64,000 nucleotides of DNA from Tubulanus polymorphus (GCF_964204645.1 NC_134027.1:7100485-7164484), one strand, 5' to 3'. Counted from the first letter of the stretch, positions 36,050 through 47,458 are shown. Numbers and translations are program-made. Notes: generated by a model from the letters alone, not told the origin.

Positions 36050-36846
36050 ATGGAAGCAAATAAGTACTACTGCCCAACATGTAATATCAATATAGATAAA
36101 TCCCAAAAATCAAGACACAATAAAACTAAAACACATTTAGAGAATAAATTGAAATTAGAATATGAAGATGATATATTAGAAACTAAATTAGATGAATTAA
36201 AGAATGAAAAAGAAACATACAAATGTGATACATGTAATCAATCATTCAGTGATAAAAGATATTATAATGAACATTTAAAATCTAAAAGTCATATTAGAAA
36301 TAAGAATAATGATATTTTAGGTGAAGATTATTTTGATAAAGATAATGATAAGAAACAGAAGACAATTAAAAGCATAAAAAATAAATTAAACAATAAAAGA
36401 CCATATATGGAAGATGTAAGAAAATATATTAATTTATTGGATAATAAAAAAGATATAGAGATAACCGAAGCATTTAAAAGTGATATTGGCCCAGCAGCTA
36501 TCGAGTTTAAATTTCATAAAGGAAAACATTAGAAGAAAATAAAAAACATTTAGAAAATATGGAAGAAATAACAAAAATAATAACTGATGTTGAATATCCT
36601 AAAATTAGTATATCAGTTAAAGTAAAGTTTATAAAATCTGAAGACAAACCAATATATCATATAAATTCTCATTCACAACATATTATTTCAAAACAACATA
36701 TAGATGATAAATTAGATAAATGTTATAATGAAGTAAAAACTAAAAAAGAAGAGAAATATTTTGAAGGATCTGGTTTAATATTTGATGAAATAATATTTAT
36801 GACTTTACATGTGTATAACACCAATAAGGGTAAAAAAATATTTTAA
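36050..36846 (+). pseudogene. C2H2 zinc-finger protein with C-terminal EGSG domain, split by a 1-bp frameshift
   Basis: CPTC..RHNKTKTH and CDTC..EHLKSKSH fingers; adding one A to the run at 36523-36526 joins 36050-36532 and 36559-36846 (..KGKTLEENKKHLENMEEI..) into 265 aa; ends KEEKYFEGSGLIFDEIIFMTLHVYN. Confidence 0.65.
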
Positions 36847-36916
36847 AGCGTAAGGTTTCAGCGAACTCTAACTCTTTTTAAATTTTAACCTATTTTAATA
36901 AAAATTTGATATATAA

Positions 36917-38288
36917 ATGTGCTCAAGATTAATTAAAGTTCCCGCGAAAGATATGAGTAATAAATATATAAATTCAATATTATATTATTTAACTGTTAAC
37001 AATAATTTAGCAGATATTTCAGGAGTAAATATAAATAAGTATTATAAATCTGAAAATAATGAATTAATTGAAACATCAGATATATTTTGCGATAATATAA
37101 TGCTATATAAAATCATGTTAGAAAAAGAAATTATTAAAGAAAATAGAACAACTTTTCTAAACGTTAATCAGAGAAAGATAACACATTATGAAATTAAAGA
37201 ATGTTTTAATCAAGGAGATATTATATTGGATAACTTAGCTATAAAAATTACACGTGTTTTAACAATTCATGATGATAATTCAAAATCATATATCTTGAGT
37301 AGAATTAATCAAGAATTAAAATTAACAGATTATGCTGTATTTAAAATTTCATTATGCAATCAAAATTTAAATGAATTAATACAGAAAATGAATAATATTG
37401 AAAAATTATTAAATGAAAAAAATTATAATATATTAGATGTAGATGTTACACAAGATTTTAAAGGATCATTTTATTCAGATGAAATAAAATCAATGTTCGA
37501 AAATAGAAAATATAAAATTCTAAAAGAATTCTCCAATAGTTGTGTTTCAGCATTACATAAGGATGATAAAATAAAGATCTATAATAAAACAGCATGTCAA
37601 TTCAAATCTCCTGGTGTAAATATAAATTTCGGTTCAAATTTAATGAGTTACATAAATTGCTATCAAGAGAGGTTAAAAGAATCATTTGAAAAATCAATTG
37701 AAACAGGATTAATTAGAATTGAAATAACAAGTATTTCATTTAAAAGAGGATTAAAAGTGATGGAAAAAATAAAACAATACTTAAAAAAAGAAAATATTTA
37801 CTATTCACCTGCATATTTACAACTTAAATCATTATTTGATGAGGTTCAACAGACTGTATGTATTTATGATTTGATTGAAAAATGCTTTTATTTCTGTTAT
37901 TATGGTGATTTATTAGCAAGGAAATTTATAGGGTATAAATCTAGGATAAGTAAAAATATTGAAGAGTCCTCCTTTTTACTTATTTTATCAATGTTTACAA
38001 TTAAGAATATCCCATGTTTATACCTCACAATTAATCAAAATGATGATAAAATCAGAATTCATTATTGAAGCAAAAAAATATATTAAAACTGAAGGAGCAA
38101 CTGTTATATCTTCAACTAATTCAATGTTTACAGTATTGAATAAATTTATATTTAGATTTAAATTGCGTGAAACAGGAATTAGTTTTACAACTTTAAAAAA
38201 GAGATACAATATAAAATCTAAACCTTTTTATAAATTAGATGCACTTGATATTGAATTTGAATTATACAGTTTATCATCTAATTCATGA
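36917..38288 (+). pseudogene. Putative Rep_trans-like rolling-circle initiator, split by a 1-bp frameshift
   Basis: Ordered motifs ILD105NL, ILDVD176VTQD180F, KIKIY222NK, LIR267IE269IT; removing one A at 38048-38051 joins 36917-38068 with 37959-38288 into 456 aa. Confidence 0.55.
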
Positions 38289-38485
38289 ATATATTTATGA
38301 TTTCTCAAACTCTTTTTATTTTTATATCTTTTATTACATATTTCACAGCATTTAATATAATTCATTCGATCTGATAGATAATTTATATTTTCTTTCAATT
38401 CTGTATATCTAATTTTACAACTATCATAGAATTCTAACAACTGTTTTATACTATAAATTGAAAAAGAAAATAAACCTGTAAGCAT
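38228..38485 (-). CDS. Small single C2H2 zinc-finger protein
   Basis: CEICNKRYKNKKSLRNHKYIH; convergent with and overlapping the 3' end of the Rep-like ORF. Confidence 0.6.
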   Translation of the reverse strand: MLTGLFSFSIYSIKQLLEFYDSCKIRYTELKENINYLSDRMNYIKCCEICNKRYKNKKSLRNHKYIHELDDKLYNSNSISSASNL

Positions 38486-38592
38486 AATAATTTATTTAAT
38501 ATTCAGTTGATTTTTATATATTAGATGTAATATGTTTAATATATTTTCACTCATTTTTATAGTCAAAATATATGAAATTATAAGATGCTGTT

Positions 38593-38811
38593 TTAATCCT
38601 CTAAATCATTTTCTAAATTAACTTTTTTTTTCTTTTTATTTCTGTGATTGTTTCCATTTAACTTCTTTAATTTTTTACTCAATTTTTTATTTTCATTCAT
38701 CAAATCTTTTGAAATATTCTCATAGTAAAAATATAATGCTGCCAATATTAAACCTCCAGCAACTAAATAATGTTTCAAATCACTTTTCCCAGTTGGAATG
38801 AAACCATCCAT
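38593..38811 (-). CDS. Small single-pass membrane protein with basic tail
   Basis: YLVAGGLILAALYFYY hydrophobic segment then KKLSKKLKK..RNKKKKK; TAAATG start context. Confidence 0.5.
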   Translation of the reverse strand: MDGFIPTGKSDLKHYLVAGGLILAALYFYYENISKDLMNENKKLSKKLKKLNGNNHRNKKKKKVNLENDLED

Positions 38812-39332
38812 TTATTTAAGAAAGAAATTAAACAGTTTATAAAATATTAAATATTTATATGAGCTTTTTCTTGATAATTAAATGTCATTTGAAAAGTTGA
38901 CACTGTAGATTAATATTTCATGAAATATAACAAAGTGTCGGTTATATTGACCTCATGAATTGTCAAATTCATAATCTTAGACTTTCTGACTAGTCCAATT
39001 TGCTGTATTTTATGGATAAAAGTTTATAATTCTTTGTGTATTTTTGTTATTTTCCTATTGATGCAAATTGTATAAAATCAGTAGTAGTGGAAATGTATTG
39101 TATATTAAAACTTCGAAATACTTTACATGTTACTTTTGTGGTTTAGAGTTATTACAATTTCATTCATAGTAATAGAAATAAAATTACTATTGAAATTTGA
39201 GAAAATAAGCTAAAAGTTAATGATATGATATGTGAAAATAAAATGATGTAAAACTGTAAATCAGATTGATTACTTAATCCTACGCTTTCCAGAGTATTTG
39301 GCCAGGTTTATCTCTGGTTTTAGTGCGGGGAG

Positions 39333-39448
39333 CCATGGACTCGAGAGTCCATGGTTGTGGGCGAGTCTATGGCCTACAACCATGGATGTATAAACTCTAG
39401 TTTATAGTTTATACGTCCATGGTTGGACTGTTTTTGAAATACAGTCCA
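39333..39448. other. Cluster of nested/overlapping DNA hairpins around four CCATGG sites
   Basis: ccatggactc/gagtccatgg; tccatggttgtgggc/gcctacaaccatgga; caaccatggatgtataaact/agtttatacgtccatggttg; tggactgt/acagtcca. Confidence 0.85.
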
Positions 39449-40137
39449 CGTGTTTGAGGAGCTTACGTTATAATTCCTCGAGCACAAACCTGGCATTTTG
39501 TATAATTGTTGTACACTGTATGAGAATAAATATGATTGAAATTCTTTATCTGTTTAGCTACTCTGAACTGTTAGTTCACCAGTCAGTGGTTTTTGTTATC
39601 TTGCAATCCACCTCTTTTTTCAACCCAATATTCCCACCAACATTGTGCGTAGACGAGGATGTCCGGAAAACATGATAATCGAATATTGGCAATACAGTTT
39701 ACCAATTCAACCCGGACACACTAACACTTGTTGACCGGTTAGAAGCGAGTGTTGAGCTGCCGAAGAGTAATTACGAAATTAGCAATCTTTTTGATTGTCA
39801 CTATAGCCATCAGGGGCGGATCCAGACCGTATTGCCCAATACATTGTTTGTACGGTCTAAAATTTAAGTGCCCCTCGGTAATATTTTGTGACGGCATATA
39901 TTTTTCACCACCCGCTATTTGATATTTCCACTCTGATGATCGGTTTGATTTTTATATACAGAAGCAGAGTCCTGAATAGTAAACTTTGCCTTTAAAAGTG
40001 GCACCCAGTATCCTTCTATTGGTGTTAACATTACATGATTAATTACATGAGATTTGTGTTTCTCTTGTAAAAATCATTGTTTTTATTTTCTTCATGCTTT
40101 CGGTAAATGTAGCCGATGACCTCCTGATCATCTCTAA

Positions 40138-40529
40138 GGTTCGAACCCAGTAATTACTGATACTGGTTCAGAGTGGTCCTGATGTTGAATAGAGGATCCA
40201 CAGGGGTGTCCCGACCGTACAGTGCTGCCGCTATGCTCATCGTAAGCGGGATTTTCATACGCTAACTAAAGTCAACTCGACGTGCTGTCCAGTTATACTC
40301 CGTGACCTTAGCTTGCCAGAGTTGACTTTAGTTAGTGTATAAAAATCCCGCTAACAGTGAGCATAGAGGCAGCACCGTACGGTAAAATGTTGATACCTTA
40401 ACAAAAGCAATTACTGATAACTGATTCAGAGCGGTACTGATGCTGAATAGAGGATGTACGGGGATGTCCCGGGTTCGAACCCAGTAATTACTGATACTGA
40501 TTCAGAGTGGCCCTGATGCTGAATGGAGG
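40138..40529 (+). repeat. ~75-bp direct repeats containing GGTTCGAACC, interrupted by a MITE
   Basis: ggttcgaacccagtaattactgatactg(g/a)ttcagagtgg(t/c)cctgatg(t/c)tgaat present about three times (one partial). Confidence 0.75.
40214..40383. mobile_element. Foldback MITE with ~65-bp imperfect TIRs
   Basis: accgtacagtgctgccgctatgctca..ctaactaaagtcaactc / gagttgactttagttag..tgagcatagaggcagcaccgtacggt. Confidence 0.8.
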
Positions 40530-40539
40530 TTTTCATCTT

Positions 40540-41175
40540 AATTTCTAAACATTATTTTAGATATTTTGGGGTCTTTGGGCGTCAATTAGACCCCCAAGTA
40601 GCCCTTGCACCGGGCAACAACTGTATACTGGGCTGTAGCTCTTGTTTAGATCTATCTTCTCTGAAATTTTCAGAGTTTTTGACCGTTTTGTATTTTACTT
40701 ATTAATTTCTAAACATTATTATTGATATTTTGGGGTTTTGGGCGTCAATTAGACCCCCAAGAAGCCCATGCACCGGGCAACAACTATATTCTGGGCTGTA
40801 GCTCTTGAAAAGTTCTATCTTCTCTGAAAGTTTCAGAGACTTTGACCGTTTTGTATTTAACTTGTTAATTTTTAAACAATATTTTTGATATTTTGGGGTC
40901 TTTGGGCGTGAATTAGACCCCCAAGGCGCCCTTGCACCGGGCAACAACTATATACTGGACTGTAGCTCTTGAAAAGTTCTATCTTTTCTGAAAGTTTCAG
41001 AGACTTTGACCGTTTTGTATTTTACTTATGAATTTCTAAACTATTTTTGATATTGTGGGTCTTCGGGCGTCAATTAGACCCCCAAGGAGCCCTTGCATCG
41101 GGTGAAAATTATAAACACCGGGCTGTAGCTCCTGCATAGCTCTATCTTCGATGGAAATTTCGGGAAAATTTGCCC
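40540..41175. repeat. 163-164-bp tandem repeat, ~4 copies
   Basis: Units start at 40540, 40704, 40867, 41031; core tttgggcgtcaattagacccccaag..cccttgcaccgggcaacaac..ctgggctgtagctc. Confidence 0.92.
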
Positions 41176-42036
41176 TCTATTTTAGAATGTCTACATAGAG
41201 ACCGGGAACCAGTCTACGTTGCCGCCGAGTCCGGTTTCGTGTCCGTACAATAACAACTACAAATGAAATAAGTTGTATATTCACAATTTATTTCTAACGT
41301 AAAATATCTTTTTATTCAATAACAGTGAAAAAATACACATTAAAAACCACTAAAAAATTTATAATAAATTTGAATCGAGTGATACCGAATCCAGTGCTCA
41401 CTTAACGACGGTAACTGAACACTCGAGTGGAAAAAATGAGACAGTTTTAAATCTCCAATCTGTCGACACTTCAATGGTTTGTAGGCATGGTAACCTCGGA
41501 CGGTCAAACATTCACCTTTAGTTACCCTTAACTAACAACTGTGGAACAGGGTCCTGACTGCGAATACAGGTGGCGCAGAATTGGACAGGCGACCAGTCTA
41601 ACATGAATCTCAAAAACCAAATTATTTAGCATACAATGTAACAAATATACGGTTTCCAAATTGCCACACTGATATCGATGACGTTTTACACAAGAGCTGT
41701 CTGCAGTGTACAATTCCAGCACCAGAAGTAATATAACCCAGAAGTAGCTTTTAATCAGGTGATGGGCTCTAATTTGATAATTGTAACATTACTAAACTAC
41801 GCGTGAATAGAGTATCATATTTGAATTGATGCAATTATGTCGATTCCATATATATCGTATGGGGTATAAGTATTAATGAAACGCAAAAATGATAAAAGGA
41901 GCTGAAAATCATGATTTTACCAATCATTTGATGAATATCATTCTTCATTTCTATTTTTAGCTGTCATTGAAATTTTGTCCTTCATTCAAATCTGTAACTG
42001 ATATCATTATCATACGGCGTGGTCTGCAACATCGAC

Positions 42037-42939
42037 ATGGCAAGTACTCAGCTTCTATTGCGATGCAAAGCTAAAACTGGGCAGTACACCATCAAGAATC
42101 TTACGACAATGTCCACTGTTGACGACTTGAAAGAGAATATTGCACAACTGACAAACATCAACCGAGATTGTTTGAAACTGAGGAGCGGTTTTCCTCCAAA
42201 ACTGATGGATACGCAAGACGGCAAACAACTGCTGTCGACACTCTCAATACGTTACGGGGATACCATAATTGTTGAGGAAGATAGGAGCAACAAAACTGAC
42301 ACGAACACGCTGAATTCAAATTTTACCTCCGTCAAACGAGAGACCATTGTTCGCAAAGTCGTCCCGGCTAACAACTCGTGTTTGTTCACTAGCGTATTCT
42401 TCGTCATGGAAGGTAGAATGGATTTATCCTGTGCGCCTCACATGAGAGAACTGATTGCTGGCGTCGTGCTCAGCGATCCTGAAATGTACAATGAAGCTAT
42501 ACTCGAAAAATCGAACAGTGAATATTGCAATTGGATAATGAGCGATGAAACTTGGGGCGGTGCGATAGAAGTTTCGATTCTGTCGAAATGTTACGGAGTC
42601 GAAATAGACGTTATCGACACGCAGACCGTGCGGGTTGACCGGTTCGGCGAAAATATGAACTATTCGAAACGCGTTTTGTTGATTTACGACGGAATTCATT
42701 ACGATCCGCTCGTTTTAGAAAGTGACGGAAAAATAGTTGGATTTCAATTTTCGACAAATGACGACAAAATCCTGGCACTCGCGTTGGAATTCGCTGCCCA
42801 AGCGAAGGCTAGTAGGCAGTACACTGACGTCACGAATTTCACGTTGCGTTGTTTGATCTGCCAGAAAGCGTTAAAAGGCCAAGTCGAAGCTCAGCAACAT
42901 GCTCAAGAGACTCGTCACATTAACTTTGGGGAATTCTAA
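42037..42939 (+). CDS. YOD1: Ubiquitin thioesterase OTU1 (single coding exon)
   Basis: N-terminal UBX-like domain (LRSGFPPK), OTU motifs VPANNSCLF, WGGAIE, YDGIHYD, C-terminal C2H2 finger CLIC..HAQETRHINFGEF; splice acceptor at ~41960 before the ATG. Confidence 0.96.
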   Translation: MASTQLLLRCKAKTGQYTIKNLTTMSTVDDLKENIAQLTNINRDCLKLRSGFPPKLMDTQDGKQLLSTLSIRYGDTIIVEEDRSNKTDTNTLNSNFTSVKRETIVRKVVPANNSCLFTSVFFVMEGRMDLSCAPHMRELIAGVVLSDPEMYNEAILEKSNSEYCNWIMSDETWGGAIEVSILSKCYGVEIDVIDTQTVRVDRFGENMNYSKRVLLIYDGIHYDPLVLESDGKIVGFQFSTNDDKILALALEFAAQAKASRQYTDVTNFTLRCLICQKALKGQVEAQQHAQETRHINFGEF

Positions 42940-43981
42940 ACTGATCAACAAACCTTTCATCAGTATTTAGAAATGATCAAACTATTGTGTAAATCTAAAA
43001 TCAAAACTTTTTTCTGTCAGTACAGTAAGGCATACATAATCTGGATCATTTTGGGCTGATGAAAATTAAGTCTTGGGTTTTTATTAGAAACCTGGATTGA
43101 AAATCATTTTCTACCTGTCTGATTCTGCATTGATTAATATCTGATTTACTGTGGACTCTAAAATGAATAGTTTTAGAGTCCATGATTTTACTAATCGAGA
43201 TAAAGCAGGTTTTACTGTATTTAGCTGTCAAAAAGCTTCTAGAAATTTAATCTCTTGCCTTCCAGTAATTAGACGTGCTAATTATTTATAAAGCGATGTA
43301 GAATGTTGTTGGACACATCTTAGAACTAATATCTGGTCTTTGTCACGAATCTCTATCTTCGGGCTTACTTCTGATGGTCTTTGTGTGATTTGTTGGTTAA
43401 TATTGCTTAAAAACTGGAGACAGTTATTTTTCCGTGAAATATGCATTCCCTTTTGGAGCCTTATAAAACTTTATTGCACAGTATTTTTCTGTTCTTTTGT
43501 AATTCATCGAATACATTTTTGTAGCATTTTAATATACGAGTACACATGATATGAATAAAGAACTGTATAACGTTAATTTCTGCCTCAAAGATTTTCATTG
43601 CGATGAGATACAGTGGAACTCCATGATACGAAAATCTGATTTCATTGAATTTCGAAGTCAAAAAACTGTTTATCAAATAACTATCAGTTGAATTAACTGT
43701 TTTCCCGAAGCTTATTGTAATGAAGTTTCACTCTATCGCAACAGATTTCCTTAAAATTTCGATGGAACACTTGGACGACGACAAGATACCCCATAAAACC
43801 GATCAAATTTGATTAAAAATCAAAATATCAGGAAAACAAACGGTAATAGTGCGGACTATATTTTGGTTATTTTATTGTTTCCTATATATACATTATTGTT
43901 ATTGACATTTCAGTACGAATACATAACATTATAACAATATAAAACGGCAAAAACAGTTCATGAAATTGGTTTTCCTGACAT

Positions 43982-45390
43982 TTATTTGTTGTGGAGAGTT
44001 TCTAATTTCGGATGGTATAATCCCTGAGTCAGTCCAAATGCATAGTTATACACTACAGCATTGATAACTATCCCGCTATTGGTATATGCTGGAAGCAGAC
44101 AATGATAAGACGACAATACTTTGACTATCAAATGATTGATAAAACTTAGATAAAAGTAAGGGTATACGAGTGCAAAATTAGTTCACCTTGTAATCTTTCC
44201 ATGAGGTCATTTACTGGAATGAGGATGACTTCAATGGATTCTGAAAAGAAGTTCACATCCATGTTCATTTCTGGTGAATCAATATTTTGCAAATAATACA
44301 ATACAATTCTAAACGGAACAATGCACCTGAATCGTCCAAGCATTTAGTCGGTTTTCTGTTGATATGGGCATTTCCATCTATTTCTGCTGACACCAGTGCT
44401 GCAGTTGAGTTGCTTACACCGGGATCCAAAGTTAAAACTGAATTAGAAATGACATTGACTTCCATATTGGTACATATGTCTTGGAGGTGAAGATTTTGAA
44501 TATGAAGAATTGCATGAGTCTACTTACAAGGTGATACATGTTTCACAGTGCCAGTATATCCAGTTTCTTCTTTTAATTCACGCAAAGCTGTTTGAGCTAA
44601 TGTTTCTCCTTCATCTATCAATCCTGAAATTTGTATCGCATCAAATTTGATGAAGAATATACGAAAAGAGTTTATACCCGTTGAGAAAACCACAATCCAA
44701 ACTAACCAGCAGGAAATTCGAGGGTATAACATTTCATCGGGGGACGAAACTGTTTTACCAGAATTATGCAGTCGTACATCAAAACTCGCTTCAACACAGC
44801 GATAATAACTACTCCTGAAATATAACAGAATGAATATATCTTCAACTTCCAATGAAAACAAACCACTTCATCATATAACCTTATAATAATCAAACTCACC
44901 ATCACCATTTGTTTTCCGTGTTGTGCGTTCGCACGATTCCCATTTCCTAGAGTGAAAAAAATCAAATAGTAGGTCCTTTTCCAACTAGAAAAAACTATAA
45001 TACAAGCATTCTTGAAATTATCTTACCTTATTTTACCTGTAGTGTCTTTGTACGATATTTCATTTAGAGAAAGCCATTTACCCGATGCAATCGTCTACAA
45101 TTATGAATTCAGAATACTTGAAAAATATAAATACATACTTATCATATGTAATTTGGGAGCTACTGCAGTTTATGTGTCCCTAATGGTTATGTACCTAACC
45201 TAACCATAACCATAGAAATACTAGTGTCACATAGATGGAAGGTGACCTAAACTGCAGTTAGAACATTAATTCTTAAACTAGGATAAGCCCAGGGCTAACC
45301 AACCTCTTGATCTATTATTTCACATTTTGCGGTTGTCTTGCCATCATCATTATTGCTGTTGACATCAATACCATTAACTTTTGAATCCAT
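43982..45390 (-). CDS. NUDT5: ADP-sugar pyrophosphatase, multi-exon
   Basis: Exons [49 protein letters not shown], Nudix box [32 protein letters not shown]. Confidence 0.93.
45157..45258. mobile_element. Small intronic MITE-like foldback
   Basis: actgcagtttatgt / acctaaactgcagt inverted ends with internal (cctaa/ccataa) repeats, in NUDT5 intron 1. Confidence 0.45.
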
Positions 45391-46340
45391 CAAGACTTTT
45401 GTTGTTGACACCAATCTAACGAATAATGAAGTACAATAAACAAAAGTTGATGATGAGAATGTTGATGATGATGTTAGTTATTGAGGTTATGAGGTGGCAC
45501 TACTACTGTGGTGACTGTAGTCAGTAACCTGTCTGTGGTTTAGTTTCACGATCGGATATTTTTGCAAACCACAAGCCATAAGTATAAGCCCATCCGATTA
45601 TAAAAAGCTTACCACCAACGATTAGGTAACTAATTATGGTGACTGCAGAGTGCCAGGTCAAAAGCCAGCCATGGCCGGAGAGTAAGATTGTTATATTTCA
45701 GTGTTAGATAGAATTTCATAAAACAAAACAGTGCTAGTTACCAACCTCTTGAAGTTAGAATAAAACCACTTTCTTCTTAAAAGATTTATCATCGGTTATA
45801 TCTACCAATTCGATAATTCGTACCACTCAGCAAGCCAGCAAGCCGTCACGTATCAGTATCAATAAAGAATTGAATTGATTGGTCAACGGCCTTGAGTAAA
45901 AAGCATACTATTTATCGACGATGACAGAATTCCATATAGTGTTATTATCATGATTAGAAGTTACCATTAATTGCTAGTTACCAAATTTCTGGACCTAAGC
46001 TTTTGATAGAGCTTTACCAATTCTAAGCATAGCGTGTAGAATTTTTCCAAAGAATTTCCAAATCATGTATCTCTGGTGACAAATCCATAGTCCCTTCTTA
46101 GTCAAAACACTTGTTTAATTAATCAAAAACAAGTCAGTTATTATTCAGTACAAATTTATTTCTTAACATCATAACAGTTCTCCCTAAGAGTAACACACAC
46201 TGTTAAAATACAGCAGTACTAAAGTTTAGGGTGATGATCTGCCTCGCACAATAAAACATCGCTACATATCACACACAGCATTCTAATTTTCATCTCATTA
46301 AATACTATATATGTCCTATACTATATTAGCCAGCGTATCA

Positions 46341-47458
46341 CTATCCTTTTCTCGTTAGCACATTCTGAAATGAAGAGATTTTGAATCAGATATCTTTTGG
46401 AAGACAAATGCTGGAAGGATCAAACCAATTTGAGTTTTTTCAGTCTTAGTCTTTATGAATTTTTGAAATACTGAGTAATTTCACACCCTGCCAACATATA
46501 CATACCTTTCTAGTGTCTTCCACACATTGCATAAAATCTTTAACTTGAGTTGAACAAAGCAGAGATTGTTTCGGATTTTTTTGGTAACATTCTAATACAG
46601 CCTGCTGTAAGTCTTGGCATACTGGGTTGAACGTTTGTTTCCTGAAATGATAGAGAATCGACACACAGTTTTAATCATCAAACAAAAATGCTTGTAGTTT
46701 AATATCTTCTGGGCACATTAAATACTTACACAAACTTTTTCTCAACTTCTTCAACAGCCTGTGTGAATTGATCTTTGTTATCGCGGTACATTTCTGCTTG
46801 CTGAAACATACGAAAACAAACATTATAGAGATAAGTTTAACATCATATAAGAAGAACAGTAAAACATATTGATATACGATATAAGATAAACTTATCACCT
46901 TTTTCTCAAGTTGTTGAAACTTGGAGTGGTACATATTCTCAATTCTTTTCAAATCATCCACAGATTGCATTGGTGCTGATTTGGAGGCTAATTTTGGTTT
47001 TCCTGTCTTAGGTGAGGTATCATCACCTAAGTTATAAAATAAGCAGAAACAACTGAAAAAGTGCAAAGATAATTGACAATTCTATATAGCACAGACAGCA
47101 GTTAACACTTAAGTAAAGTTAATCATCGACTTGGAAATCAACTGATCTTTTCTTACTGTACTGAATAACATACCATGTATTTCTGCTTCACCTTTGAGAC
47201 GTCTAACAACCGATGATGAAATCTGAAAAATAGGTAAAAAATATGTTATACTGACTAATTATTAGGCCCAACTGGTACTCGCACTACACAGCTCGCTACA
47301 ATCAATTTGATTTAAATTGAATTGAATCGAGGGACAACAGATAAATGATTTGTTTATCACATCAAGGAGGATACGGGCGGTAAAATCACCTTAACCATTC
47401 CTGGTCCATCATCCTCTTCAATTGTAATACGTCGAGTTGAACTAGAATTCCCTCCCAT
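46341..47458 (-). CDS. CHCHD3: MICOS subunit MIC19/MIC25-like, multi-exon
   Basis: MGGNSSSTRRITIEEDD (myristoylation-type start), ISSSVVRRLKG, coiled coil, C-terminal CHCH motif PVCQDLQQAVLECYQKNPKQSLLCSTQVKDFMQCV. Confidence 0.9.

Larger units (their letters stand above)
35760..39280. mobile_element. Extremely AT-rich, intronless virus-like/mobile gene cassette (boundaries approximate)
   Basis: Abrupt rise in AT content, four closely packed intronless ORFs rich in K/N/I, TAAATG/AAAATG start contexts, no splice structure, unlike all flanking host genes. No TIR or TSD identified. Confidence 0.7.

Noticed and set aside
35760-39280. Helitron, or bacterial plasmid contamination
   Set aside because: No HUH or PIF1 motifs and no hairpin-CTAG end; C2H2 fingers and absence of Shine-Dalgarno sites argue against a bacterial source, though read-level checking is still needed.
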